In this document: positions 31,426-41,054 of the stretch, piece by piece
How the letters are laid out: the number at the start of each line of letters is the position of its first letter
Position numbering within the stretch: position 1 is the stretch's first letter
DNA from: Candidatus Eiseniibacteriota bacterium
GTDB lineage: Bacteria; Eisenbacteria; RBG-16-71-46
Length of the DNA: 64,000 nucleotides
Assembly: GCA_963717505.1 (NCBI GenBank)
Contig: OY970342.1
Location: forward strand, 2,752,001 to 2,816,000
Reading direction: 5' to 3'
Position numbers and translations under genes: made by a program
The notes under the pieces: generated by a model
The model's input: only the letters and a program-made list of their open reading frames with translations
Told to the model about the DNA's origin: nothing
Database searches by the model: none

Positions 31426-33819
31426 ATGACTCACCGTCGGCCGACCCGTGTCCGCGTCCTGATCGCCATCGCACTCCTCGCGATCCCGGCGAGTGCCCGT
31501 GCTCAGAATCCCGACGATATCTTTTGGTCGCCGAGCTTCGACGCACCGGCATTCGATTCGCCGATTCAGGACTTCGCGAACTTCGGCGGTGACCTGGTGG
31601 CGGCGGGCGCCTTCGGCCAGACACCGGACGGTCCGGCCTCGGCTATCGCGCGCTGGGACGGCAAGCAGTGGCGCCCGCTTGGCGACGGCGTGTACGGCGG
31701 CCTGTGGGCATTGGTCGAGTTCGAAGCCTCGCTGATCGCGGGCGGCGCATTCGGCGTCCCCGGCAGCGATACCGCGCTGAACGTGGCGCGATGGGACGGC
31801 GTCGCGTGGCACCGAATGGGCTCGGGGTTGCAGGGTCAGGTGCTCGATCTCGCTGTGGTCGACGACGAGCTGTTCGCCGCCGGCGACTTCACCTTCGGCG
31901 CGAGCTTCGAGCACGTTCCGGTGGCGCGGTGGAACGGGACCGAATGGGAGCCGGTCGGTCCGCTCGTGCCCTCAGCGATCTTCGCGCGTGCCCGCAAGCT
32001 CACGATATTCGAAGGCAGTCTGGTCGCATGTGGGCGCTTCCGGCGCGAAGGCGTCACGGAAGTCGGCATCGTGCTGCGTTGGACCGGCGCCGACTGGGAT
32101 ACGCTGGCGAGCGGCGACGGCAGCAGCAGCGCAGTCTCGATCGCGGTGGACGGCACGGATCTGGTGGTCGGCGGGTTCTTCACGTTGTCGCCTGGCCATG
32201 CGCTGGGCCCGATCGCGCGATGGAATGGAACGACGTGGACGACGGAGCTGTCGGGTTGGGACGGGATTCCCTACGAGCTCAAACCGCTTTCCGACGGGCT
32301 CTACATGGCCGGGTTGCTGACCAACGTCGTGAACCGGGTGGCAGTCGCGCGAGTGTCGGCCGGTGTACTGGAGCCGCTTCCCGTGATCATCGGGACCGCC
32401 TACGCACTGGCCGAGTACCGGAATGAACTCTACGCGGGCGGGTCGATCGAGTCGGCCGAGTTCGCCACCGGCATCCAAACGATCTTTCATTGCGTGCGAC
32501 GCGGAACGACGTACTGGGAAGACATCGGCGGGCCCGGTCGCGACGGCTACGGCCTCATGGGCACGGGGTTCCCTGCGGTGAACGCCATGCTGCCAGTGGG
32601 TGACCAGCTCTACGTCGGAGGGTCGTTCTCGGCGGCTCGTAGCGGCTCGCAATGGGTGCCGACCGGCGCTGTGGCGCGCTGGAATGGATCATCATGGACC
32701 GAATTCTCGGGATTGACGGGTTCGGTGAGCGCGCTCGCCTGGTTCGGCGGCCGGCTGATCGCCGGTGGTGATTTCACCGGCCCTTTCGGCATCAACAACC
32801 TGGCTTACTGGGACGGCACGGACTGGAGCGAGCTCGGCGGGGGAACCGACGGTGAAGTGATGGCGCTGCTCGTTTCGGGTTCGGAGTTGTACGTCGGCGG
32901 TCGTTTCGAGACAGCGGGGGGCGTCCTCGCTCCACGAATCGCGCGTTTCGACGGTGCGCAGTGGTCGCCGGTGGGTTCCGTCGGCGGACTCCCTGCGGTT
33001 GTGGTGCGCGCGTTGATGTCGACGCCTGGAGGAGACCTGATTGCTGCTGGCTCGTTCGAGGGCCTCGGTGGAGTTGCCGCGGACAACGTCGCGCGCTGGG
33101 ACGGTATTGCGTGGAGTGCAATGGGCGCGGGCTTTCCCGGTGAAGCGGTTGCGCTCGCCGAGTTCGAGGGCGACGTGATCGCTGGCGGCTATCCGTCCGG
33201 CGGGGCTGCGTCGCCGGTCCTGCGCTGGACGGGCGCGACGTGGGAACCGCTCGGCGTCGTGCCCGGGTTGGGTGTGCGGACGTTGTGCGTCGCCGGCGGT
33301 AGCTTGCACGCGGGCGGACAGACCTTCGGCCCAGACGATGTCCACATCGCTCGCTGGAACGGTGTTTCGTGGGAGTCGCTGGGCTCCGGGATCGGCCAAC
33401 GCGCCTTCGACTATCGAGCGGTCAGTGCGTTGTCACTGTTCGAGGGCTCTCTCTACGTCGGCGGCGCATTCAACCAGGCGGGGGGGCATCCATCCGCCTC
33501 GATCGCCAGGTGGGATGGTCTGGCGATCCCGGAGCCCGTGCCCCAGCCGTTTGCGGTCGAGCTCGGCAGGCCCAATCCGTTCGCAGAACAGACGGCGATC
33601 GAGTACACGCCGGGGATGGACGTCACCATTCAGGTTCACGACCTGAACGGCCGAAAGGTACGCACACTTCCCGCCTGGTCCGGACCGCTCGGGCGCAGCA
33701 TCGCCATCTGGGACGGGAGGGACGACGAAAACCGGCGCGTACCGGCCGGCGTCTACTACGTGAGGTTCGTTCCTCGGACCGGCGACCCGATTGCCCGCAA
33801 GGTAGTCCTGCTGCCGTAG
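31426..33819 (+). CDS. Secreted beta-propeller protein (ARWDG repeats) with FlgD-Ig/T9SS-like C-terminal domain
   Basis: Signal peptide; repeated LYVGG.F...IARW(D/N)G..W; C-terminal PNPF...DLNGRKVRTL...WDGRD...GVYY. Confidence 0.8.
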   Translation: MTHRRPTRVRVLIAIALLAIPASARAQNPDDIFWSPSFDAPAFDSPIQDFANFGGDLVAAGAFGQTPDGPASAIARWDGKQWRPLGDGVYGGLWALVEFEASLIAGGAFGVPGSDTALNVARWDGVAWHRMGSGLQGQVLDLAVVDDELFAAGDFTFGASFEHVPVARWNGTEWEPVGPLVPSAIFARARKLTIFEGSLVACGRFRREGVTEVGIVLRWTGADWDTLASGDGSSSAVSIAVDGTDLVVGGFFTLSPGHALGPIARWNGTTWTTELSGWDGIPYELKPLSDGLYMAGLLTNVVNRVAVARVSAGVLEPLPVIIGTAYALAEYRNELYAGGSIESAEFATGIQTIFHCVRRGTTYWEDIGGPGRDGYGLMGTGFPAVNAMLPVGDQLYVGGSFSAARSGSQWVPTGAVARWNGSSWTEFSGLTGSVSALAWFGGRLIAGGDFTGPFGINNLAYWDGTDWSELGGGTDGEVMALLVSGSELYVGGRFETAGGVLAPRIARFDGAQWSPVGSVGGLPAVVVRALMSTPGGDLIAAGSFEGLGGVAADNVARWDGIAWSAMGAGFPGEAVALAEFEGDVIAGGYPSGGAASPVLRWTGATWEPLGVVPGLGVRTLCVAGGSLHAGGQTFGPDDVHIARWNGVSWESLGSGIGQRAFDYRAVSALSLFEGSLYVGGAFNQAGGHPSASIARWDGLAIPEPVPQPFAVELGRPNPFAEQTAIEYTPGMDVTIQVHDLNGRKVRTLPAWSGPLGRSIAIWDGRDDENRRVPAGVYYVRFVPRTGDPIARKVVLLP

Positions 33820-33869
33820 GGGACCCGAGGGCCCCGATCGGGCCCCGGCTGCGCTACCATGCACCGCCC

Positions 33870-35612
33870 ATGACTGCCCCTGTCGACATCCACCGCTTCC
33901 TCCATGACGTCTCGGCCCAGGTCCGCGACGCCGCGGAGGTCGGCAAGATCCTCAAGCACTTCGTGCGCGCCGCCGCCGAGCGCTTCGGGGCCGAATCCGC
34001 GTGCGTCGCGGTGCTGGAACCCGGCATGGAAACCGCCCGGGCGTTGTTCTCGCACCCCGCCGGGGCCGGGTGCGACCTCGACCTGATCACCGAGCTGCTC
34101 CGCGGCGGGCGCGTGCAGATTCCCGCGGGTACGGTCGTGGCGCGGCTGGTCCGACGGAATCGTTCGTGGGGATTGATCGTGCTCCAACGCGCTCAGGGTG
34201 CGTTTGCCGAGGGGGCGCCGCGCGAGCTGGGTCATGTCGCCGAGGCCGCTTCGGATCTGATCCAGCGGCTCGATGAACGCCGGCTGGTCGAAGTGCGCGC
34301 GCGCATCGACGACAAGCTGATGAGCGAACTGCCGGCCAAGGATCTCTACTACCAGATCCTCGATGGACTGCAGTTGCTCACGCGCTACGACCATTCGGCG
34401 GCGCTCTGGATCTGGAATCCGGCGACCGAAACGTTGGATCTGGTCGCCGAGCAAATCTCATGGCGCAAGTCGAAGAGCGATCGCATCGGGCAGTCGTTCG
34501 CACTGAGCCGCGAGCAGGCGGCAGCACTCGCCAGCGAGGCGGTCTGTGGCTTCGATCGCACGGCGGAGGGTTGGGTCGAATGGACCGAGGGCTATTCGCT
34601 CAGCTTGGCAGCACTGCTCGATCCCGGGGCGCACCCGGCACGTCCCCCGGCCGGCTCGCTGCTCGATGCCGGTTCGGAGCTGATGCGCCCGGTCGCGGGC
34701 TCGCTGCTGCTCGGTCCGCTCGCCAGCCGCCGCGGTCCCCTGGGGGTGCTCGTGGTGGCCGAGCTGCATCGAGGCGCGTTTCGTGAGTACGAGCGCGGCG
34801 TGGTCGAGCGCTTCGCGCTCCTGGCCTCCCTCGCGCTTCAGCGCGCCGAGAGCCTCGAGAATCTCCAGGCGCGCATGCTCAAGGTCGAGCGCCAAGGAGC
34901 GCTGGCCCAGCTCGCGGGCGGCGTTGCGCACGACATCAACAACGCGCTCGGCGAGGTCATCCCACTGGTCCAGCAAGTGCGCGCCGACCTGGGGGCCGGG
35001 CGCCTGGATCCCGCGCTGCTCGCCGAGGACCTCGACCGCGTGGACCAGTCGCTGCAGGTGGTCCGCGACATCTTCGGCCGCATGACGCGCTTTGCTCGCG
35101 GTTCCGTGCGCGCGGCTGCCCCGGGCAGCATCCGGAAGGCGCTCTCCGGCGCCCAGGCGCTCCTGCACGACGGTTTGGCCCGCCGCCGCGTGAGCCTGGT
35201 GCTGCGGATCGCGGACGATTTGCCCGAGCTGCGCTGCGGCACCAGCGACCTCGAGCGGCTGCTCATGAACCTGATGACCAACGCGCGCGACGCCATGCCG
35301 TCGGGCGGCACGCTGACCGTCTCCGCCCATCTCGAAGGCAACGCCGTCCAGGTCCTGGTTGCCGACACCGGGATCGGAATGGATCGCGAGCTGCTGCAGT
35401 CGATCGAGCGACCGTTCCACACGACCAAGGACGACGGCACCGGACTCGGACTCTCGACCTGCCGATCGATCGTTTCCGAAGCAGGCGGCACGCTGGCCAT
35501 CGAAAGCGAGCCGGGGCTGGGCACGCGCGTGCAGCTCCGGCTGCCCGTGGCGGTCGAGAACGCGGCGGTTCCGAGTGGCGTGGTCGGGAACGCCGGCCCG
35601 ACTCCCAGCTAG
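33870..35612 (+). CDS. GAF-type sensor histidine kinase
   Basis: H-box AHDINN, N-box NLMTNARDAM, DTGIG, PF.TTK..GTGLGL. Confidence 0.9.
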   Translation: MTAPVDIHRFLHDVSAQVRDAAEVGKILKHFVRAAAERFGAESACVAVLEPGMETARALFSHPAGAGCDLDLITELLRGGRVQIPAGTVVARLVRRNRSWGLIVLQRAQGAFAEGAPRELGHVAEAASDLIQRLDERRLVEVRARIDDKLMSELPAKDLYYQILDGLQLLTRYDHSAALWIWNPATETLDLVAEQISWRKSKSDRIGQSFALSREQAAALASEAVCGFDRTAEGWVEWTEGYSLSLAALLDPGAHPARPPAGSLLDAGSELMRPVAGSLLLGPLASRRGPLGVLVVAELHRGAFREYERGVVERFALLASLALQRAESLENLQARMLKVERQGALAQLAGGVAHDINNALGEVIPLVQQVRADLGAGRLDPALLAEDLDRVDQSLQVVRDIFGRMTRFARGSVRAAAPGSIRKALSGAQALLHDGLARRRVSLVLRIADDLPELRCGTSDLERLLMNLMTNARDAMPSGGTLTVSAHLEGNAVQVLVADTGIGMDRELLQSIERPFHTTKDDGTGLGLSTCRSIVSEAGGTLAIESEPGLGTRVQLRLPVAVENAAVPSGVVGNAGPTPS

Positions 35613-35617
35613 CCGCC

Positions 35618-36751
35618 GTGAGCCGCGATCGGATCCTGGTGGTCGACGACGAGCCGGGCATGCTGCGCTCGATCGAACGCATTCTGTCTCCGCACTACGA
35701 CGTCCAGGTCGCCGGCACTCCGAGTCGCGGGCTCGAGCTGGCGGCCGAGAGCGCGCCGGATCTCGCGATCCTCGACGTCCGAATGCCCGAAATGGACGGC
35801 TTCGCCCTGATGGCCCGGTTGCTCGAGCGCGATCCGCACATGGACGCGATCATGATGACCGGCAGCGCCGACGAGCGGGACGCGCGCATGGTGCGCGCGA
35901 TCCGCGAGCGGGCCTTCTTCTTCCTGACCAAGCCCTTCGACCGCGAAGTCCTGTTGACCCTGGTCGAGCGCTGCATGGATCTGCGCCGGCTCGATGCCGA
36001 GAACCGCGCGCACGTGACACGCATCGAGCAGGAGATCGATGCGGCCCGGGTGTTCCAGCAGAGTCTGCTGCCCGAGCTGACGGCCGACGAGGACGGACTC
36101 GAGGTGGCGATCCACTACGAGCCGGGTGGCGAGCTGGGGGGCGATTTCTGCGACTACTCGTTCGGCGACTACGGCTTCGGCCTGGTGGTGGTCGACGTGT
36201 CGGGCCACGGCGCCACCGCGGCGATGCAGACCGGCATGGTCAAGCTCGCGTTCCGCGACGCGTTCGCCGACGCCATGCGCCCCGAGTCGGTCGCTCGGCG
36301 CATCGCCGAAGCCTGCCGTCTGTTCCCGCAGGGCCGGCACATGTCGGCGGTGTGCGTTCGGGTGAAAGGAGAGCGACTCGAAGTGGTGAACGCCGGGCAT
36401 CCGGACGCACTCAAGATCGGCCGCGACGGGAGCATCGAGCGGCTGGAGTCCACAGCGCCCATCGTCCACCCCGGGCTGGATCCGTGGCCCTACGAGAGTC
36501 GTCCCATTCCGTTCCACAAGGGCGACATGCTCCTGGTCTACACCGATGGGCTGATCGAGGCGCGCAACGCGGCGGAGGACGAGTACGGCCTGGATCGGCT
36601 CCGCGCCAGGGTGACCGAGTGGCGAGCCGGGAAACCCTCGGGTTCGTTGTGCGCGAGCCTGCTGGGCGCGGTGCGCGAGGACCTGGCGGCCTTCGCCGCC
36701 GGCCGACCACTCGACGACGACCTGACGCTGGCGATCGTGCGGCGAAAGTAG
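35618..36751 (+). CDS. Response regulator receiver fused to PP2C/SpoIIE phosphatase
   Basis: ILVVDDE, LDVRMP, KPF; GGDF.D, DVSGHG, NAGH, YTDG, DD.T. Confidence 0.9.
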   Translation: MSRDRILVVDDEPGMLRSIERILSPHYDVQVAGTPSRGLELAAESAPDLAILDVRMPEMDGFALMARLLERDPHMDAIMMTGSADERDARMVRAIRERAFFFLTKPFDREVLLTLVERCMDLRRLDAENRAHVTRIEQEIDAARVFQQSLLPELTADEDGLEVAIHYEPGGELGGDFCDYSFGDYGFGLVVVDVSGHGATAAMQTGMVKLAFRDAFADAMRPESVARRIAEACRLFPQGRHMSAVCVRVKGERLEVVNAGHPDALKIGRDGSIERLESTAPIVHPGLDPWPYESRPIPFHKGDMLLVYTDGLIEARNAAEDEYGLDRLRARVTEWRAGKPSGSLCASLLGAVREDLAAFAAGRPLDDDLTLAIVRRK

Positions 36752-36760
36752 CCCGCGGGC

Positions 36761-38079
36761 TCAGTGCCCGCCGCCACTCCGCTTGGGCCGCGCATTCCAC
36801 AGGAACAGCATCAGCACCGCGCCGATCGCGCTGAAGCCGATCATGCTCGGTCCCCACGCGCTCCAGCCGTAGTTCTCGAGCAGCCAGCCCATGCCCGACG
36901 CCGACGAACGAGCCGCCGATGTACTGCATGCCGTCGAACATGTCCGGCCGCGGTCGCGGCGGCGCGCTTGCCGCCGAAGTCCATCGAGGCGGTGCCGGAG
37001 AGCATCGAGTGCACCATCGAGATGGCGAGCGAGTTGAACGATGAAGGCGATGATGATCGCATTCAGGCTCGGCGCCTGCCACACGACCGCACAGGCAGAC
37101 GATCTGAAGCACATAGCCGATGAACGCGACCGGCGGCCGGCGATGGCCGAACAGCTTGTCCGACGCGAAGCCCGCGACGAAGGCGCCGGCGATGCCGGCG
37201 ATGACGACGGCAAGTGCGCCGCTCTGGAAGATCGGGTGGTCGAAGCTGGCAGGTGCTGCGCCTCCTGCATGTAGCGCGGGAACCACTGCTCGAAGCCCTG
37301 GCGCACGAATCCGGTGCAGAACTCGGCGACCGCGATGGTGATCGCGACCGGGTTCGTGAATACCTTGCGCGCCACGTAGCCGAACGTGATCTTCTCGGTG
37401 TCGCCGCTGGTCGCGTCCTGCGGGTCGAAGTCGTCGAGCCCGGCATCGCGTGGTGTGTCGCGCACCACCATGAAGGTGAGCGATCGCCATGAGCCCGGCG
37501 ATGGCCGCGGGGAGGAAGAACTTCCACTGCCAGGGCAGCGCACACGACCAGCGAGCGTCGCCAGCAGCAGGAACACCAGCGCTCGGCCACTCTGGATCAT
37601 CGAGCCGAAGATCGCCGAGAACACGCCGCGCTCGCTGACGTGGAACCAGCCGGAGTTGACCTTGATCAGGGCCAGCGCGCTGTACGACTGGAAGTACATG
37701 TTGAGCGTCCATACGGTCGCGAGGTAGCCGAGCAGGACGGTGCCGGTGCCGAGGAAGCCGAGGTAGGCGCCGAGGCCGAACGCCAGGTTGAAGACGCGTG
37801 GCGCCGCACGACGCCGATCAGCATCGCGCGACGGCCGCCGAGTCGGTCGGCGATCGGGCCGTTGAACATCGCCGAGATGCCGTAGACCAGGGTCGCGGTC
37901 GAGATGATGGTCCCGACCTGGGTCTTGTCCCAGCCGTAGGTGTCGGACAGCGACTTGTTGGCGAAGCCGAAGTTGTACCGGGCCATGTACATGGCCGCGT
38001 AGGTGAAGCCGAGCACGAGCCAGTTCTGCGTGCGGCGGGACAGGAATGCAGGCGAGTGGACGATGTGCTCGGGCGTCAT
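36761..38079 (-). CDS. MFS transporter (GlpT/OPA-like, frameshifted)
   Basis: Y..MY.ARYNF, G.IADRLGGR, WF..SERG, multiple TMs. Confidence 0.8.
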
Positions 38080-38158
38080 GAAGGGTCCCCGGGACGGACA
38101 AGCCGCGTACCCGCGATGCCGGCTATGGGGCCGTCCAGCGGGTGTTGCGAATCAGCGG

Positions 38159-38187
38159 CTTGTACCGCCGACTGTCGCCAGGGTCAA
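38159..38187 (-). promoter_or_regulatory. Possible sigma70 promoter of the MFS gene
   Basis: Minus strand TTGACC-N17-TACAAG; the -10 box is weak. Confidence 0.35.
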
Positions 38188-38204
38188 GGGCGGGCGGATT
38201 ACTG
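38188..38204 (+). repeat. 17-bp target-site duplication, left copy (right copy at 39548-39564)
   Basis: GGGCGGGCGGATTACTG is identical on both sides of the IS. Confidence 0.92.
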
Positions 38205-39547
38205 TGTAGTGAGCAAGACTATCTGTCCGCATTTAGGGCGGACGGGAGTGACCGCTCCCCCTAGTGGGGCGGTTGGGTGGTATCAGGGGTTGCGAGGAGG
38301 GCCTCGCAATGCCGGCTACGCCGACCGTCCAGGAGCGGACGATGCGGGTCAGGGAAGTGCTGATGCGAGCGGTACAGCGGGAGATCAGCTGGATCCAGGC
38401 GGCGGACATTCTCGGGATCAGCGCCCGGAACATGCGGCGCTGGAAGGTGAAGTTCGAGACCGCGGGACTCGAGGGCGTGCTCGACCGGCGGACGCTGGGC
38501 CACCCGAACCCGCGGCGGGTGACTCGGGCCGAACTGGAGCGGCTGCTGGCGCTCTACCAGAAGCGCTACCAGGGGGTGAACGTGCGGCACTTCTGTGCGA
38601 TTGCCCGGCGTGAGCATGGGCTGAAGTGGTCGTACAGCTTCGTGCGACAGGCGCTGCAGGTGGCCGGGTTGATCAAGAAGCGTCGACCGCGTGGACGTCA
38701 CCGCCTGCGCCGTCCGCCGCGTGAGTGCTTTGGCGAGATGCTGCATCTGGATGGCAGCCTGCACGCGTGGCTGGCCCTGCGTCCGCACGACCGCCAGTGT
38801 TTGATCGTGGTCGTGGACGATGCGACGCGGCGGTTGCTCTACGCCCAGCTGTGCGGACACGAAGGCACCGAGCCGGTACTGGCCGCGATCCACGCGGTCG
38901 TCTCGCGCCACGGCGTGCCCCAGGCGCTGTACACCGATCGGGCCCGCTGGGCCGCGTTCACGCCTAAGAGTGGTGGACCGGTCGATCGTGACCACCCCAC
39001 CCAGGTCGGGCGCGTGCTCGCGCGCCTCGGGGTCGAGCACATCCTCGCCTACTCGCCCCAGGCCCGTGGCCGCAGCGAGCGACTCAACCGCACGCTCCAG
39101 GACCGGCTCATCCAGGAGCTGCGCCTGGCACGGATCGTCACTACCGAGCGCGCCAACGCCTTCATCACCGAGACGTTCCTCGCTCGCTACAACGAGGAGT
39201 TCGCGGTCGCGCCGGCCGAAGCGACGTCCGCCTTCGTCACCGCTGGCGGCGCCGACCTCGACCAGATCCTGTGCCACGAGGAGTCGCGCACGGTCGGCAA
39301 AGACAACACCGTACGCCTCGACGGGGTCTGCCTTCAGATCCCGAAGCAGCCCGGCCGGCCCTCCTGCGCGGGCCTCACGGTCACCGTTCGCAGGCACCTC
39401 GACCACACCCACTCCGTGTGGTGGGGCCCCCGCCGCCTCGGGCGGTTCGATGCCCGCGGCCGGGCCCTGAGGGAGGCCGCTGACCTTGCCGCCTGAAAGA
39501 GGACAGATAGTCGTGTCAAAAGCGGTCACTTAGTCTTGCCAACAACA
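38205..39547 (+). mobile_element. Insertion sequence, IS1202/ISNCY type, apparently intact
   Basis: Imperfect terminal IRs TGTAGTGAGCAAGACTA / TGTTGTTGGCAAGACTA; flanked by 17-bp direct repeats; single transposase. Confidence 0.9.
38309..39496 (+). CDS. DDE transposase (ISNCY/IS1202-like)
   Basis: N-terminal HTH (QAADILGIS.R), GEMLHLDGS.H.W, VDDAT, YTDR, SPQARGRSER. Confidence 0.92.
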   Translation: MPATPTVQERTMRVREVLMRAVQREISWIQAADILGISARNMRRWKVKFETAGLEGVLDRRTLGHPNPRRVTRAELERLLALYQKRYQGVNVRHFCAIARREHGLKWSYSFVRQALQVAGLIKKRRPRGRHRLRRPPRECFGEMLHLDGSLHAWLALRPHDRQCLIVVVDDATRRLLYAQLCGHEGTEPVLAAIHAVVSRHGVPQALYTDRARWAAFTPKSGGPVDRDHPTQVGRVLARLGVEHILAYSPQARGRSERLNRTLQDRLIQELRLARIVTTERANAFITETFLARYNEEFAVAPAEATSAFVTAGGADLDQILCHEESRTVGKDNTVRLDGVCLQIPKQPGRPSCAGLTVTVRRHLDHTHSVWWGPRRLGRFDARGRALREAADLAA

Positions 39548-39605
39548 GGGCGGGCGGATTACTGCGGGGAGGGGATGCCCGACGCGGCTACGACTGGAAC
39601 AGGGT

Positions 39606-40904
39606 TCAGCTGCCGGTGACAGCGAGCGCGGGTATTTCCGGAGCCGACCCTTCGGACGACGCCAACTCGTCCAGATCTCGGTCCAGATCGCCGCTCTCGT
39701 GCAGCTCGATCAGCGCTTCCACGACTTCCGGGAAGAACTGGGTACCGGCGTTGCGCCGCAGTTCCTGGTAGGCCTCGGAGGCGGGGAGGCCGCGACGGTA
39801 GGGCCGATCGCTGGTCATTGCGTCGAAGGCGGCGACCGCCATGATGATCCGCGCGCCGACCGGAATCCGGTCTCCGCGCAGCCCGCACGGATAGCCGCGT
39901 CCGTCCGGCTGCTCGTGATGCGCCTGGACGATCTCGGCGACGCGTTCCAGACCCGGGAGCCCCTGGACGATCTGGAAGCCGACGGTCGGGTGCGTGTTGA
40001 TCACCGCCCGTTCGCGCAGGTCGAGGGGGCGATGGCTCTGGAGGATGTCGAGGTGGATCGCGGTGCGCCCGATGTCGTGGAGCAACGCGCCGAGTTCGAT
40101 GTCGCGCAGTTCCGCCTCCACCACTCCGAGCCGTCGGGCGATGCGCACCGACCGCCGGGCCGCGCGGTTGGAATGGCCGCGCGTGTAGGGATCGAACGCG
40201 TCGATCGCAGCCATCAGCACGCGGACCGTCTGGATCTGGCCGTCGGCCACCGGCTCGTGACGCCGCGACGCGAGGCTGATGAACAGGGAAGGCAGGAGGC
40301 CGTAGACCGCGACCAGGATCGCCGCTGAGGCATCGACCATGGCGAGCACCAACCCGTAGGGCAGGATCAGCAGGTCGTGCAACAGCTCACGCGGCAGGCG
40401 ACTGTGAATCGTGGCCCACGCGCCTCGGCCCTGAGACAGGAGCGTCGCGCAGGACGCGAGCGCGGCGCGTGCGACCCAGGCGGTGACGAAGGCGCCGGCC
40501 AGAGTGGTCGCGTTCAGCCCGCCTCCGGTGGAGCTGGTTCCGAGCGCAAATCCGGTGGCGCTGACCACCAGGATGCCTTCGCCGGCGCTCGAGAGCGCTT
40601 CGGAGAGCGGACGCCGTTTCATGGCACAGGCGGCAGCTCGGCCGATTGCAGTCGCGCAGGCGGCGGGGGCCGGGCCGAGCAGCAGCAGGGCAGCGAACTC
40701 CATCGCAGGCGTCAAGACCATGCGCACCCCGGTACGGGGAATCGCGACCGCCAGGAACTCGGCCAGCGCCACCAGGCAGATCCAGGGAATGACGATCGTG
40801 GCGCCTCCGCTCCAGGTCGCGGGCGGCGCGTTCATGATTGTCAACGCCAGGGCGACGGCTCCGGCCGCAGCCAGCGTCCACTTGCCGAGGTTAGGTGTGG
40901 GCAT
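39606..40904 (-). CDS. Membrane-bound HD-GYP domain protein
   Basis: Multi-TM N-terminus; DPYTRGHS, LLHDIGR, HHEQPDGRGYP, DAMTSDRPYR. Confidence 0.88.
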   Translation of the reverse strand: MPTPNLGKWTLAAAGAVALALTIMNAPPATWSGGATIVIPWICLVALAEFLAVAIPRTGVRMVLTPAMEFAALLLLGPAPAACATAIGRAAACAMKRRPLSEALSSAGEGILVVSATGFALGTSSTGGGLNATTLAGAFVTAWVARAALASCATLLSQGRGAWATIHSRLPRELLHDLLILPYGLVLAMVDASAAILVAVYGLLPSLFISLASRRHEPVADGQIQTVRVLMAAIDAFDPYTRGHSNRAARRSVRIARRLGVVEAELRDIELGALLHDIGRTAIHLDILQSHRPLDLRERAVINTHPTVGFQIVQGLPGLERVAEIVQAHHEQPDGRGYPCGLRGDRIPVGARIIMAVAAFDAMTSDRPYRRGLPASEAYQELRRNAGTQFFPEVVEALIELHESGDLDRDLDELASSEGSAPEIPALAVTGS

Positions 40905-41054
40905 GGGTCTCCAGTCGGGTATCCGAGGGTTCGGGGGACCCGAACGGTCTGAGGTGGGTTTTCGGCTGGACCCGGGGAAACCTGAGCGAGAATTCCGGCC
41001 CCAACCTGCGGACGGTCCTAAAGCTGGGCAGCCCCAGGTGCCGAATATACCGGG

